A DNA stretch of 21,262 nt. It comes from Thermoplasmatota archaeon (GTDB lineage: Archaea; Thermoplasmatota; E2; UBA202; DSCA01). Every line of letters starts with the position of its first letter. The first letter of the stretch is position 1. Under the pieces are notes generated by a model. It did not search any database, was not told where the DNA came from, and saw only the letters and a list, made by a program, of their open reading frames with translations. Positions 1 through 8,872 of this stretch are shown here, one piece after another. The stretch lies in the NCBI GenBank assembly GCA_034660695.1, contig JAYEJS010000127.1, positions 1 to 21,262 on the forward strand. Direction: 5' to 3'. The translations under genes were made by a program, and so were the position numbers.

Positions 1-310
1 CCCGAAAACTCTGTTTTCCATCCCTCGTTTTCCTCCATCTGAAAATTTTAGAGGAATAGATTGTTTCTTCTCGTCACCTGAGGAGAAACAATTAGGTTAC
101 AAAATGGAGATTATTCGTAGAGACTGATTTGATAAGAATTTATTTATACCGTAAATACTATGGTATTTATAGATTGTGGGAGAACATTGTACGAGGATGA
201 TAAGAGAACAAAGGCTATCTATGAGCAATTTCCTCCCACAATGTGACGGGCGAGGCGGAAAAATAAAGGAGCCCTACCTCGCAAGGTCAAAGAGGAGGTA
301 AATATAGGAA

Positions 311-2089
311 ATGAAAGAAATAAGGCAAATGTTTGGCATCATCATCTGCTTACTGGTAGTTGGCGCGGGTTATTATGGAGTGACAGCGAGTGCATCATAT
401 ACTGGGATAGTAAAAGGAATCCACAACATGAATTACAACATTGCCCCTTCAAGTTTAATCACAGATAAGGGCAAATACTGGGCGATACTTGTATGTGGAA
501 GTGATGATTTTAGTGCTGGCTTTGAAACGGACATTCGAGATATGTACCAACTTTTAAAAAATGAACTTGATTATAACGGTGATCACATATATTATGTTGC
601 GCCATCGAACTGGAATGGGGCAGAGCACTACTATAGTTTATCAAAAGATAATATAAATAAATCAATACACGATGTCGCAGGCAGAGCTACAACTGAAGAT
701 AGTGTTTTCCTTTTCTATACGGCTCATGGAAATTATAATAAGAATACAGGTGAGTATTCTATTGCTCCAGGTGTGACACCAGGTGAATTGGATAGCTGGC
801 TAGATTCTATTGATCCGATATGGCTTTATGGGCAGCCTCGCAAATGTCAGCAGATGGTGATATTACTCCAAGCTTGTTATTCGGGTGGTTTTAAAGAGAA
901 GTTAGTTTTTCACGAAGCCTACCCAACTGGTGCAGCACACCGTCATAGAATACTGATAACCTCAACGGATAAGTATACAAAGTCTTGGGAGGACATGTAC
1001 GGTTATGGTGATCCAACTAAAGGTGCTACATGGGATCCAAATGCACCAGATGATGATGGAAATCCCAATAATCCATCTAATGGCAATTATGATGGAAGTG
1101 AGTTTTCAAGCGGTTTCAGGATGGCTTTTAGAGACGTTGACAATGATGCATACTTAGAAGCAGATGATCAACCATATATTAACAAACCAGGAAATAAACC
1201 TGATTTAACACCACCATTTGGAAACAAAGATGGAAAAGTTTCTGTGCAGGAAGCTTTCAATTTCTCAAAGTTTGAGGATTGCTATTCTGTTTACTGGGAA
1301 TCCTTCATCAAAGCCAAGAATTGGAAACTTGAATATCCACAGATATGGGATGCATTATCCTGGGGAGATTCAGAGGGAATAGATCCATCTAAAACATATA
1401 TCTATAACCGTCGTCCGAATATGCCTGATAAACCATCTGGTCCGATATCTGGGAATGCCGGTACATCGTATTCCTATTCTACGAGTGCAACCGATCCAGA
1501 CAATGATAAGGTGAAATACTACTTCGATTGGGGGGATGGAACAGGTGATTGGACTGCCTTTGTTTTTTCTGGGAATTCGGCTTCAAAATCTCATAGTTGG
1601 AGTAGTGCTGGTACTTATCAGGTGAAAGCAAAGGCTACGGATGAGCGGGGTGCTGAAAGCGGCTGGTCCTCAACTCTTACAGTAACAATTTCTGCTGCTA
1701 ATCAGCCACCAAATAAACCCGATAGACCTTCTGGCCCAACATCAGGAAGAGTGGGGACATCCTACACATACTCATCGTCAACAATCGATCCTGATGGAGA
1801 CCAAATTTATTACTGGTTTGATTGGGGAGATGGAATAAATAGCGGATGGCTTGGTCCATATGATTCAGGGCAATCTGTAAATGCGTCCCATACATGGAGC
1901 GAAAAAGGCACTTATGGTATAAAAGTCAAAGCCAAAGATGTAAATGGGGTAGAGAGCGAGTGGTCTGATTCCTTGGCAGTTTCAATGCCAAAATCGTATC
2001 CAGTCATTTGGGCAATATTTGAAAAAATAAATAGCTTACTCCTCCAGGTCTTTGGACGAGAGATTATACCGCTGTTCTTTAACATATAG
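311..2089 (+). CDS. Secreted or membrane-anchored legumain-like (C13, caspase-fold) cysteine peptidase with two C-terminal PKD-type Ig modules
   Basis: 592-aa ORF with GGAGGT 12 nt upstream of the ATG. N-terminal hydrophobic signal or anchor (FGIIICLLVVGAGYYGVTASA). Catalytic-dyad contexts are ordered as in legumain: FLFYTAHGN (His139, nt 725-727) and ILLQACYSGG (Cys189, nt 875-877). Two tandem ~95-aa modules (nt ~1421-1693 and ~1703-1990) each carry PSGPxSG..GTSYxYS..DPDxD..YxFDWGDG. Hydrophobic C-terminal tail. Confidence 0.8.
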   Translation: MKEIRQMFGIIICLLVVGAGYYGVTASASYTGIVKGIHNMNYNIAPSSLITDKGKYWAILVCGSDDFSAGFETDIRDMYQLLKNELDYNGDHIYYVAPSNWNGAEHYYSLSKDNINKSIHDVAGRATTEDSVFLFYTAHGNYNKNTGEYSIAPGVTPGELDSWLDSIDPIWLYGQPRKCQQMVILLQACYSGGFKEKLVFHEAYPTGAAHRHRILITSTDKYTKSWEDMYGYGDPTKGATWDPNAPDDDGNPNNPSNGNYDGSEFSSGFRMAFRDVDNDAYLEADDQPYINKPGNKPDLTPPFGNKDGKVSVQEAFNFSKFEDCYSVYWESFIKAKNWKLEYPQIWDALSWGDSEGIDPSKTYIYNRRPNMPDKPSGPISGNAGTSYSYSTSATDPDNDKVKYYFDWGDGTGDWTAFVFSGNSASKSHSWSSAGTYQVKAKATDERGAESGWSSTLTVTISAANQPPNKPDRPSGPTSGRVGTSYTYSSSTIDPDGDQIYYWFDWGDGINSGWLGPYDSGQSVNASHTWSEKGTYGIKVKAKDVNGVESEWSDSLAVSMPKSYPVIWAIFEKINSLLLQVFGREIIPLFFNI

Positions 2090-2095
2090 AAAGAG

Positions 2096-2133
2096 AAAGA
2101 AGGAAGCATTCCCCTTTTCCTTCTTTTATTTTT
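2096..2133 (+). terminator. Hairpin plus oligo-T immediately after the peptidase gene
   Basis: AAAGAAGGAA (2096-2105) pairs perfectly with TTCCTTCTTT (2117-2126) around an 11-nt loop. A T5 run follows at 2129-2133, 7 nt past the TAG stop region. Confidence 0.35.
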
Positions 2134-2191
2134 CCATTAACCTCACAAGCAGGCTAACAATCTTTAAAAATTTGATACGGTTACGGGCACA

Positions 2192-3211
2192 ATGAAAGTT
2201 GCAATGTATTATAACAACAATGATGTTCGCATTGAGGAAATGCCCGTCCCGGAAATTAGGCCAGGGGAACTGCTGGTTAAAGTCAAAGCATGCGGGATAT
2301 GCGGCAGCGATGTGATGGAGTGGTACCGCATCAAGACAGCACCTAGAGTTCTGGGACATGAAATGACAGGCGATATTGTAAAAGTGGGAGAGGAAGTGAG
2401 AAATTACAAAAAAGGAGACCACGTATTTGTTTCGCATCATGTGCCGTGTAATGAATGTAGCTATTGCCTCAACGACCAGCATACTCTATGCGATACACTG
2501 CATTCGACAAACTTCTATCCGGGCGGCTTCTCTGAATATATAAGGGTACCCGAGATAAATGTGGAGAAAGGCACTTTCAAACTACCGGATGAAATTTCAT
2601 ACGAGGAAGGCACATTAATAGAGCCGCTTGCATGCGTTGTACGCGGGCTGCGTATAGCCAGATTTAAAAAAGGGCAGACGGTGCTGATTATCGGCAGCGG
2701 CATGGCGGGGCTGCTCCATGTCAAACTTGCACGGGCGATGGGTGCTAAATTCATCATCACCACAGATATAAATGATTATAGGCTTGACAAAGCGAGAGAG
2801 TTTGGGGCTGACCTGGCATTGCATGCAGATGACAACATCTTGCAGGAAATAAAGAAAATAAACGACGGGCATATGCCAGACCTTGTAGTAACATGTACAG
2901 GCGCCCCTCCGGCAGTAAATCAGGCAATTCAGACTGTGGGCAGGGGCGGTACAATCCTGTTTTTTGCTCCGACAGGGCCTGGCTTAAAAATTTCATTCCC
3001 TTTGCTTGATTTATGGAACAAAGGCGTAACAATGGTTTCAACATATGCCGGCGCTCCTAAAGACATCGTGGAATCGATTGAACTTCTCAGATCGGGAAAA
3101 GTGAAAGTGAAAGATATGATTACCCACCTGCTTCCTTTAGAAAAAATACAGAAAGGTTTTCAAATTGTTGCCAGAGCGGAGAATTCCATCAAGGTGGTGA
3201 TCAAGCCATAG
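2192..3211 (+). CDS. Zn-dependent medium-chain dehydrogenase/reductase (threonine, sorbitol or alcohol dehydrogenase family)
   Basis: 339 aa. Catalytic Zn ligand contexts GICGSD and GHEMTGDIV. Structural Zn motif CNECSYCLNDQHTLC. Rossmann motif IIGSGMAGL. TATA-like CTTTAAAAATTT at 2162-2173, about 24 nt upstream of the ATG. Confidence 0.9.
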   Translation: MKVAMYYNNNDVRIEEMPVPEIRPGELLVKVKACGICGSDVMEWYRIKTAPRVLGHEMTGDIVKVGEEVRNYKKGDHVFVSHHVPCNECSYCLNDQHTLCDTLHSTNFYPGGFSEYIRVPEINVEKGTFKLPDEISYEEGTLIEPLACVVRGLRIARFKKGQTVLIIGSGMAGLLHVKLARAMGAKFIITTDINDYRLDKAREFGADLALHADDNILQEIKKINDGHMPDLVVTCTGAPPAVNQAIQTVGRGGTILFFAPTGPGLKISFPLLDLWNKGVTMVSTYAGAPKDIVESIELLRSGKVKVKDMITHLLPLEKIQKGFQIVARAENSIKVVIKP

Positions 3212-3259
3212 AAAAAATGCAATGGCAAAAATTAAGTACAAGACCCCCATACACTAACA

Positions 3260-3475
3260 ATGAAACCCCTCGAAATGATCCATAACAGCATAGGAAAAAG
3301 AGTTATAGTAGAGCTAAGAGGGAAAAGAGAATACAGGGGCGTGCTGGAAGGATATGATCACCCTCATCTCAATCTCATATTGAAAAATGCTGAGGAACTT
3401 CTTGAAGGAGAAAAGAAAAGAGATCTGGAAAAAGTTATAGTTAGAGGAGATAATATAATATATATATCACCGTGA
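3260..3475 (+). CDS. Archaeal Sm-like protein (SmAP/LSm)
   Basis: 71 aa. Sm1 and Sm2 motif pattern: [28 protein letters not shown] ... [13 protein letters not shown]. It lies directly upstream of rpl37e, the conserved archaeal pairing. Confidence 0.9.
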   Translation: MKPLEMIHNSIGKRVIVELRGKREYRGVLEGYDHPHLNLILKNAEELLEGEKKRDLEKVIVRGDNIIYISP

Positions 3476-3479
3476 TAAA

Positions 3480-3635
3480 ATGACAAAAGGAACGCCATCT
3501 AAATCTGGAGGAGGGAAAACCCACATCGTTTGCAGAAGATGCGGTAAAAGAGCTTTTAATGCAAGGACAAAGGTATGTGCTTCCTGCGGATTTGGGAAAA
3601 CAAAAAGAATCAGGGATTATAATTGGAGAAAATGA
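3480..3635 (+). CDS. rpl37e: Ribosomal protein eL37 (L37e), zinc-ribbon
   Basis: My own translation, absent from the ORF track because it is only 51 aa: [51 protein letters not shown]. It has CxxC...CxxC zinc-ribbon cysteines and a basic composition. The start lies 4 nt after the Sm stop. Confidence 0.9.
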   Translation: MTKGTPSKSGGGKTHIVCRRCGKRAFNARTKVCASCGFGKTKRIRDYNWRK

Positions 3636-5029
3636 GGGAAAGATGCGGCGTGGTGGCAGTTGCGGCGAAAAACGATGTAGCCTCATATATATATTTTTCT
3701 CTTAATGCATTGCAGCACAGGGGGCAGGAGGCGGCGGGGATTGCAGTTTACGATAACGGTAGCGATGAAATAAAGTATTACAAAGGACTTGGGCTTGTAA
3801 ATGAGGCATTTGAAGATAAAGATATCTCCCAGATAAAAGGGAAAAGAGGGGTAGGCCATACCTATTACTCCATAAAGATATCCTCCCCCGATAATGCACA
3901 GCCGACAATCGTTCACACTTCCAGTGGGGACATAGCTCTGGCACATAACGGAATAATTACGAATTCGGATGAGTTGAAAAGAAGGCTATTGGAAGAAGGG
4001 CATAACTTTTCCATGGGAAGCGAGGAAGAATCCATGGCCTTTCTTCTCTCGGATTATCTAAAAAACAAAAGTTTTGAAAAAGCCGTTAAAAGCATTATGA
4101 AGGAATTGAAGGGCTCCTATTCACTTGCAATGATGTTCAATAACAGGGTTTTTGGGTTGAGAGATCCATTTGGCGTACGTCCGCTATGCCTTGGAAAGCT
4201 CAATGACGGCTATGTCATAGCATCTGAGACAGTAGCGCTCGATGTATTGGGTGCGAAATTAATAAGGGATGTAAGACCCGGTGAGCTGATAGAACTAACA
4301 GAAGATGGTTACAAATCCTATCAACTGATGGAAGAAAAATATAAGGCCCACTGTTTTTTTGAATATGTTTATTTTTCCAGAGCAGATTCGATAATAGATG
4401 GGAGAGACGTCTATCTAACAAGAAAAAGGATAGGAGAACAGCTCGCAAGGGAGCATCCGGCAGATGCAGACCTAGTCGTTCCCGTTCCTGATTCTGGGAG
4501 GTCTCATGCCTACGGTTACTCAAGCGAATCAGGCATACCGATAGCGGAAGGGCTTATGAAAAACAGATACATAGGCAGGACATTCATAATGCCAAGCCAG
4601 AGCGTAAGGCAAAAATATGTCCTTTTAAAAACAAATCCAATAAGGAGCATTGTTGAGGGAAAACGCATAGTTCTTGTTGATGACTCAATTGTTAGAGGAA
4701 CTACCATGAAACAGATGGCAGACCTATTGCGTTCCCGCGGAGCGAAGGAAGTGCATGTTCGCATCGGCTCGCCGCCCATAATTGCCCCCTGTTACCTCGG
4801 GATAGACATGACGACCAGAGAGCAACTGATTGCATCTGGCATGAGCGCCGAGGAAATAAGAAAAAAAATACATGCGGATAGTCTGGGTTATATCTCAATA
4901 GAAGGACTGATAAAAGCCATTGGTATGAACCGCAACGACCTCTGCCTTGGATGTGTTACTGGTGAGTATCCAATAAAGATAAATGAGGAGAGATATCGGT
5001 TCCAAAAAAGATTGGAAAAATGGGATTGA
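3632..5029 (+). CDS. purF: Amidophosphoribosyltransferase (glutamine-PRPP amidotransferase)
   Basis: The N-terminus [10 protein letters not shown] has a short propeptide before the Ntn catalytic Cys. PRPP loop [12 protein letters not shown]. Fe-S type cysteines in [17 protein letters not shown] and [10 protein letters not shown]. The ORF track opens at TTG 3623, but ATG 3632 overlaps the rpl37e stop as ATGA and is the more likely start. Confidence 0.93.
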   Translation: MRERCGVVAVAAKNDVASYIYFSLNALQHRGQEAAGIAVYDNGSDEIKYYKGLGLVNEAFEDKDISQIKGKRGVGHTYYSIKISSPDNAQPTIVHTSSGDIALAHNGIITNSDELKRRLLEEGHNFSMGSEEESMAFLLSDYLKNKSFEKAVKSIMKELKGSYSLAMMFNNRVFGLRDPFGVRPLCLGKLNDGYVIASETVALDVLGAKLIRDVRPGELIELTEDGYKSYQLMEEKYKAHCFFEYVYFSRADSIIDGRDVYLTRKRIGEQLAREHPADADLVVPVPDSGRSHAYGYSSESGIPIAEGLMKNRYIGRTFIMPSQSVRQKYVLLKTNPIRSIVEGKRIVLVDDSIVRGTTMKQMADLLRSRGAKEVHVRIGSPPIIAPCYLGIDMTTREQLIASGMSAEEIRKKIHADSLGYISIEGLIKAIGMNRNDLCLGCVTGEYPIKINEERYRFQKRLEKWD

Positions 5030-5070
5030 AATTGAGGGACATCTTATAATCCAGCGACTATTTGGCTACA

Positions 5071-5083
5071 TCTTTTCTTTTTG
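5071..5083 (+). terminator. Oligo-T tract downstream of purF
   Basis: TCTTTTCTTTTTG lies 42 nt after the purF stop. It is followed by an imperfect hairpin TTTGCCT (5080-5086) / AGGCAAA (5109-5115). Confidence 0.25.
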
Positions 5084-5175
5084 CCTCTGAAAAGGGATAA
5101 GGAAATGCAGGCAAAGAACGTAAAAAAAATAATGGCAAACTGTTAATAACAAAATCCTGTTTTTTAAGGTGAAAA

Positions 5176-5355
5176 ATGATGGATAAAGTAGAGTTCTACA
5201 TTGATGATGTGCTGAAGGCTACAGATGACGAAGAACCATATGAATGGCTATGGGATGAAACAGTTTTCCTTAAACATACTCTAAAAGCTGTTGCATATGA
5301 CAATGCTGGAAATACAGCTAAAGATGAACAAGTTGTCTGGATATTCAACATCTAG
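5176..5355 (+). CDS. Orphan 59-aa ORF resembling a single bacterial-Ig-like (Big-type) domain
   Basis: My own translation: MMDKVEFYIDDVLKATDDEEPYEWLWDETVFLKHTLKAVAYDNAGNTAKDEQVVWIFNI. AGGTGA lies 4 nt upstream of the ATG and an in-frame TGA lies directly upstream. The pattern V.FY.DD....D...PY.W.WD......H.L.A.AYDNAGN is typical of C-terminal Ig-like domains of secreted enzymes. No signal peptide. Confidence 0.35.
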   Translation: MMDKVEFYIDDVLKATDDEEPYEWLWDETVFLKHTLKAVAYDNAGNTAKDEQVVWIFNI

Positions 5356-5442
5356 AACAAAGGAAATATCTCTTTCTCTTCTTTTCTTACCAACCAATGA
5401 ACAAAAAATCTGGCTAACCTTTTTCTTTATTCCTGGTCAACT

Positions 5443-7635
5443 CTATCGTCCCCAGCTCTCAAGCCATTTTCCATTTTTTATAGAGTATATGGCAGCAAGA
5501 CCAAGTAACGATGCAACGCATGCGAATACAAGCATCATCAGGACGAGAATAATGAACTGGGTTATCATCTCGTATTCCATAAGAAATATAGGTATGCCGC
5601 CTGCTATCAGGGCAATAGTCGCTTCCACGAGGGAAGGACTTTTTGTGGATATTGCAGTTTTTATGGCCTCCAGGGCAGTTTTATTTTTTAATTCATCTCT
5701 CACCCTCTCTGTTATGTGGACTGAAAAGTCTATTCCCGCGCCTATGGCTACTGAAGAAACCATTATTGTTGCAACATTTAGCGGTATGCCAGTCAATACA
5801 AGTACCCCCGGCTCCCACACCAATATAAGTAAAATGGGCAGGAATGTTACTGTTGCATATTTGAAAGACCTGAATACGAGGAGCAGGCATGTAAAAACCA
5901 ACAACAGGGATAAGAACATGAAACGAAACTGCTGCTCCATCAGCATATCGTTCACTGAAACGGTTACAGATGCCAGCCCTACAAGCTCTGTAATGTCTGC
6001 ATCTGTTTTATCATTATACTGGCGCAAAATTTGATCTACCCCATTTACTGCCTTCCTTGTATCTCCTATCGATATGACCGGTATATCCACGTAAACGAGC
6101 GTTTTGCTGTAATCGTCATTAAGCATCATTTTTTTGTATTTATCTGCCAGTCTGTTCTCCACCAGTACCTTCACCTCTTCTTTTGTGGGAGGTATAACTC
6201 CAAAATTAAGTTTTTTTATAGCATCGACGATCGAATACGCAGAGGCATTTTTTATGCCAACATTTATCGTTTTTTCCAAGGATTCCAATTCTTTCAGTAA
6301 CGACGGCTCAAGAATACCTTCCGGTCCTGTTTCTATTTCAAACACCCCGGTTTGTCCACTCTCAAATTTTTCGGAATAGTCCGTCATTGCAACGCTACTT
6401 TCCATCTTCCCGGGCATCATCTCCCATATCGACGTTCTGGTGGAAACGCTCGGCAAAGCAGCAACAGAAAGAAAGGTTAATACGAGAAATACGAGTGCGA
6501 TATGTTTTCTGTATTTAGTTAACTTTGAAAAAGAACTCCATCCCTTTATTCCCCTCCTCTTATATCCAGATATGATAAGAAGAGGCGGGACCATAACCAT
6601 GGTGGCAATAAAACAGTAAAACACACCGATCAAAAAGGCCAGTCCCATATTTTCAATGGGGGGCATCGTCGATGAAAGTAGAGATGCAAATCCCACTATG
6701 GTGGTTATGGCAGAAAGCAAAACAGCCTTTCCAGTAGTGGCAATAATTCTTTTCATCGCTTTCTCGGGAGAATGTTTTTCCACTTCCTCCGCAAAGTGGT
6801 TAATTAGATGGAGCGAGTATGCAATACCAAGAGCAGCCAGCAGGGGTATCACGGCTATGACAGTTGGGGAAAACTTGATAGATGTCATGCCTATTGTCCC
6901 AAAAGTAAGCCCGGTCGCATAAACTATCGGGGTTATCGCTATAATAACTGCTTTCATACTCTTATGAAATGCAAGGATAGTCAACACAAGCAGGAGAGCG
7001 GATATCAGGATAGCGCTGTAAATCCTCTCCATTACCCAATCCACCGTTTCTTTGTACATGGTCACTACTCCAGTTGATGTCATATTTGTTTCCGTTGCTG
7101 TTTCTAGAAGGGGATATACTTTATTTTCAAGCAGATCATCGGCACTGATATTTTTTTGTGTTGCAAGAACTATAACTGCGTTTTTGTTATCAGAAGTGTT
7201 AAATTTATATTTCATTTCATCTGGAATAAACTTTAAAAGAGTATTCACACGACACTGGCTGTCAGGTATTTTATCCTCCCCAATAACAGGAAAAATGGCA
7301 TTTATATCCCTTAAAAAAGATGCTATGCTTGCAGTGTACACTACGCCGTCACCGATTCCCTCCTCTGGATTCAATGCACCTTCTATAGCATCGATTTCCT
7401 TAAGAGTTGTCACACTCGTTACATCATCTGCACTTACATATACAATAACCGAATCAATATACCATTCTGCCCGTATCTTATTCAGCGTTTTCACCGTCGG
7501 TTCATCTGAAGGCATATAAAGTTCTATGTCTGATGAAATCACTATATTCAGTGCTTGAGTGGATATCAGCAATGTTATAATAGAAAAAATTATGATAGTC
7601 AACTTCGGTTTTTTCAATAATATATCGTACTGCAT
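5443..7635 (-). CDS. RND-superfamily exporter, MMPL/HAE3-like (12 TM, two large extracytoplasmic loops)
   Basis: 730 aa with a two-fold internal architecture: TM1, a ~180-aa loop and 5 TMs, then TM7, a ~200-aa loop and 5 TMs. The TM bundles are Gly/Ala-rich (GIAYSLHLINHF, AIGAGIDFSVHITERV). Confidence 0.85.
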   Translation of the reverse strand: MQYDILLKKPKLTIIIFSIITLLISTQALNIVISSDIELYMPSDEPTVKTLNKIRAEWYIDSVIVYVSADDVTSVTTLKEIDAIEGALNPEEGIGDGVVYTASIASFLRDINAIFPVIGEDKIPDSQCRVNTLLKFIPDEMKYKFNTSDNKNAVIVLATQKNISADDLLENKVYPLLETATETNMTSTGVVTMYKETVDWVMERIYSAILISALLLVLTILAFHKSMKAVIIAITPIVYATGLTFGTIGMTSIKFSPTVIAVIPLLAALGIAYSLHLINHFAEEVEKHSPEKAMKRIIATTGKAVLLSAITTIVGFASLLSSTMPPIENMGLAFLIGVFYCFIATMVMVPPLLIISGYKRRGIKGWSSFSKLTKYRKHIALVFLVLTFLSVAALPSVSTRTSIWEMMPGKMESSVAMTDYSEKFESGQTGVFEIETGPEGILEPSLLKELESLEKTINVGIKNASAYSIVDAIKKLNFGVIPPTKEEVKVLVENRLADKYKKMMLNDDYSKTLVYVDIPVISIGDTRKAVNGVDQILRQYNDKTDADITELVGLASVTVSVNDMLMEQQFRFMFLSLLLVFTCLLLVFRSFKYATVTFLPILLILVWEPGVLVLTGIPLNVATIMVSSVAIGAGIDFSVHITERVRDELKNKTALEAIKTAISTKSPSLVEATIALIAGGIPIFLMEYEMITQFIILVLMMLVFACVASLLGLAAIYSIKNGKWLESWGR

Positions 7636-7703
7636 GAATACCCCTATATAATTTTTATCTTTAAGTATAAAGTCTATTTAAAATTACCTGAATTTGGAGC
7701 ATT

Positions 7704-8852
7704 CTATCTTCTTTTTTTCATTAACAGCACGATGGCAAGCAGAGCCAGCAGTAAAGGCATTACTTCGGATCCAGGGGTGGAAGAGCTGCCGGAAGAGCTG
7801 CCAGTTCCTGAAACCTCTACTTCCTTGGAATATGTATCGCTCTGCCCGTAGTCATCAATAACAGTAAGTGTTACGGTATAATTTCCTTTGCTCCCGTACT
7901 GGTGGGCAATAACACTTCCCGTCCTGCCATATCCGTCTCCAAAATTCCATTGATAGAAAGCTATGTTTCCGTCGGAATCAGTCGAGCTTCTTCCATCAAA
8001 CGTAATGACATCCCCTACAGAAGGATCTGCACGGTCATAGGAAAACTTTGCCTCCGGTGCCACATTTTCTTTTCCTTCATAACTGGAGTTTATAAGGTTT
8101 ATTTGGATATTCTGTTCCTGTGATTGGCCCCTTATGGAATCTATCATCCCCTTACTTTCCGACCATAGTATAAGCGTATTGTTGATAGGGATCAAGTCAC
8201 CGATGAAAGGAACGTAATCGGTCCTTATGATATACCTGTCTCCTACTTTATCCGTACACTCGAATGAGAAAGAGATAGGGGCACTGCTTGGCCCCCCACC
8301 CATATATATTGTTGTCGCCGTGCAGCTTGAAGTCCATTTTTCACCCTTTACTACAGGAAAATCCATGAAATCAAATGGCGGAGTGTAATCAGTTTCTGTA
8401 GATAAGGTGTTTGGCACGTTCGGAACGTTTATGTCAACGTTGACAATTATATCGGAATTTATAATCGACAGATTATCCGTTGCAAATAGACTGGTTCCAT
8501 TTACAGAAAAATCAAAACTTCCACTATATTGCTGCTGCCCAAATTTATATGTATAAGTGCCTGATACCGAACTTTTCACATCCAGAACATAGCATCCTAC
8601 ATATTTTCCGTTTATTTCCTTTATTTCCACACTCTTCACATCTATGCGTAAGGAGACATCAGAATCTATTGTGGAAAATAGAGTGGCGTTTTCAAAATCC
8701 ATGGAAGCCGTTCCGACATATGTCCCACTGTATTCCCAGAAATCACCCTTACTCCAGTTTGGTTTTTCCAGCTGTGCATTTGTTGAGGGTAAAGCAGCAG
8801 CTAACGGCAAAAGAAGCATTACGATCAATATTGAAAGCATTTTTAGTTCCAT
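7704..8852 (-). CDS. Secreted surface protein: beta-rich N-domain, classical PKD domain and PGF-CTERM-like C-terminal anchor
   Basis: 382 aa. Signal peptide MLSILIVMLLLPLAAALPSTNAQ. PKD domain at nt ~7809-8063 (FDGRSSTDSDGNIAFYQWNFGDG...YTVTLTVIDDYG). C-terminus is SGTGSSSGSSSTPGSEVMPLLLALLAIVLLMKKRR. The start lies 20 nt after the gatD stop. Confidence 0.8.
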   Translation of the reverse strand: MELKMLSILIVMLLLPLAAALPSTNAQLEKPNWSKGDFWEYSGTYVGTASMDFENATLFSTIDSDVSLRIDVKSVEIKEINGKYVGCYVLDVKSSVSGTYTYKFGQQQYSGSFDFSVNGTSLFATDNLSIINSDIIVNVDINVPNVPNTLSTETDYTPPFDFMDFPVVKGEKWTSSCTATTIYMGGGPSSAPISFSFECTDKVGDRYIIRTDYVPFIGDLIPINNTLILWSESKGMIDSIRGQSQEQNIQINLINSSYEGKENVAPEAKFSYDRADPSVGDVITFDGRSSTDSDGNIAFYQWNFGDGYGRTGSVIAHQYGSKGNYTVTLTVIDDYGQSDTYSKEVEVSGTGSSSGSSSTPGSEVMPLLLALLAIVLLMKKRR

Positions 8853-8872
8853 TTTCTCAGCCTGTTATTGCT

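Noticed and set aside
1-38. Possible minus-strand gene start (ATG at 38, MEENEGWKTEFS...) running off the left edge
   Set aside because: Only 12 codons are visible and there is no clear promoter or ribosome-binding site, so it cannot be supported.
185-193. ACATTGTAC shared between the 5' leader and the tandem ACATTGT-ACATTGT at ~13935-13950
   Set aside because: A single 9-mer recurrence in 21 kb counted on both strands is within chance expectation (~0.16), and there is no further flanking similarity.
1209-1250. EF-hand or dockerin-like Ca-binding loop (FGNKDGKVSVQE) in the peptidase
   Set aside because: Positions 3, 5, 6, 8 and 12 fit the loop consensus, but position 1 is Phe rather than Asp and there is no paired second loop. 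That is too weak to call.
2126-3044. Minus-strand ORFs of 82-118 aa (2126-2482, 2515-2763, 2615-2872, 2757-3044)
   Set aside because: They are antisense to the strongly supported dehydrogenase gene and overlap one another.
5291-7519. Several plus-strand ORFs of 61-247 aa (5291-6034, 6031-6300, 6656-6922, 7052-7519 and others)
   Set aside because: All lie antisense inside the well-supported 730-aa RND gene. They have low-complexity or hydrophobic mirror-image composition and no motifs or ribosome-binding sites.
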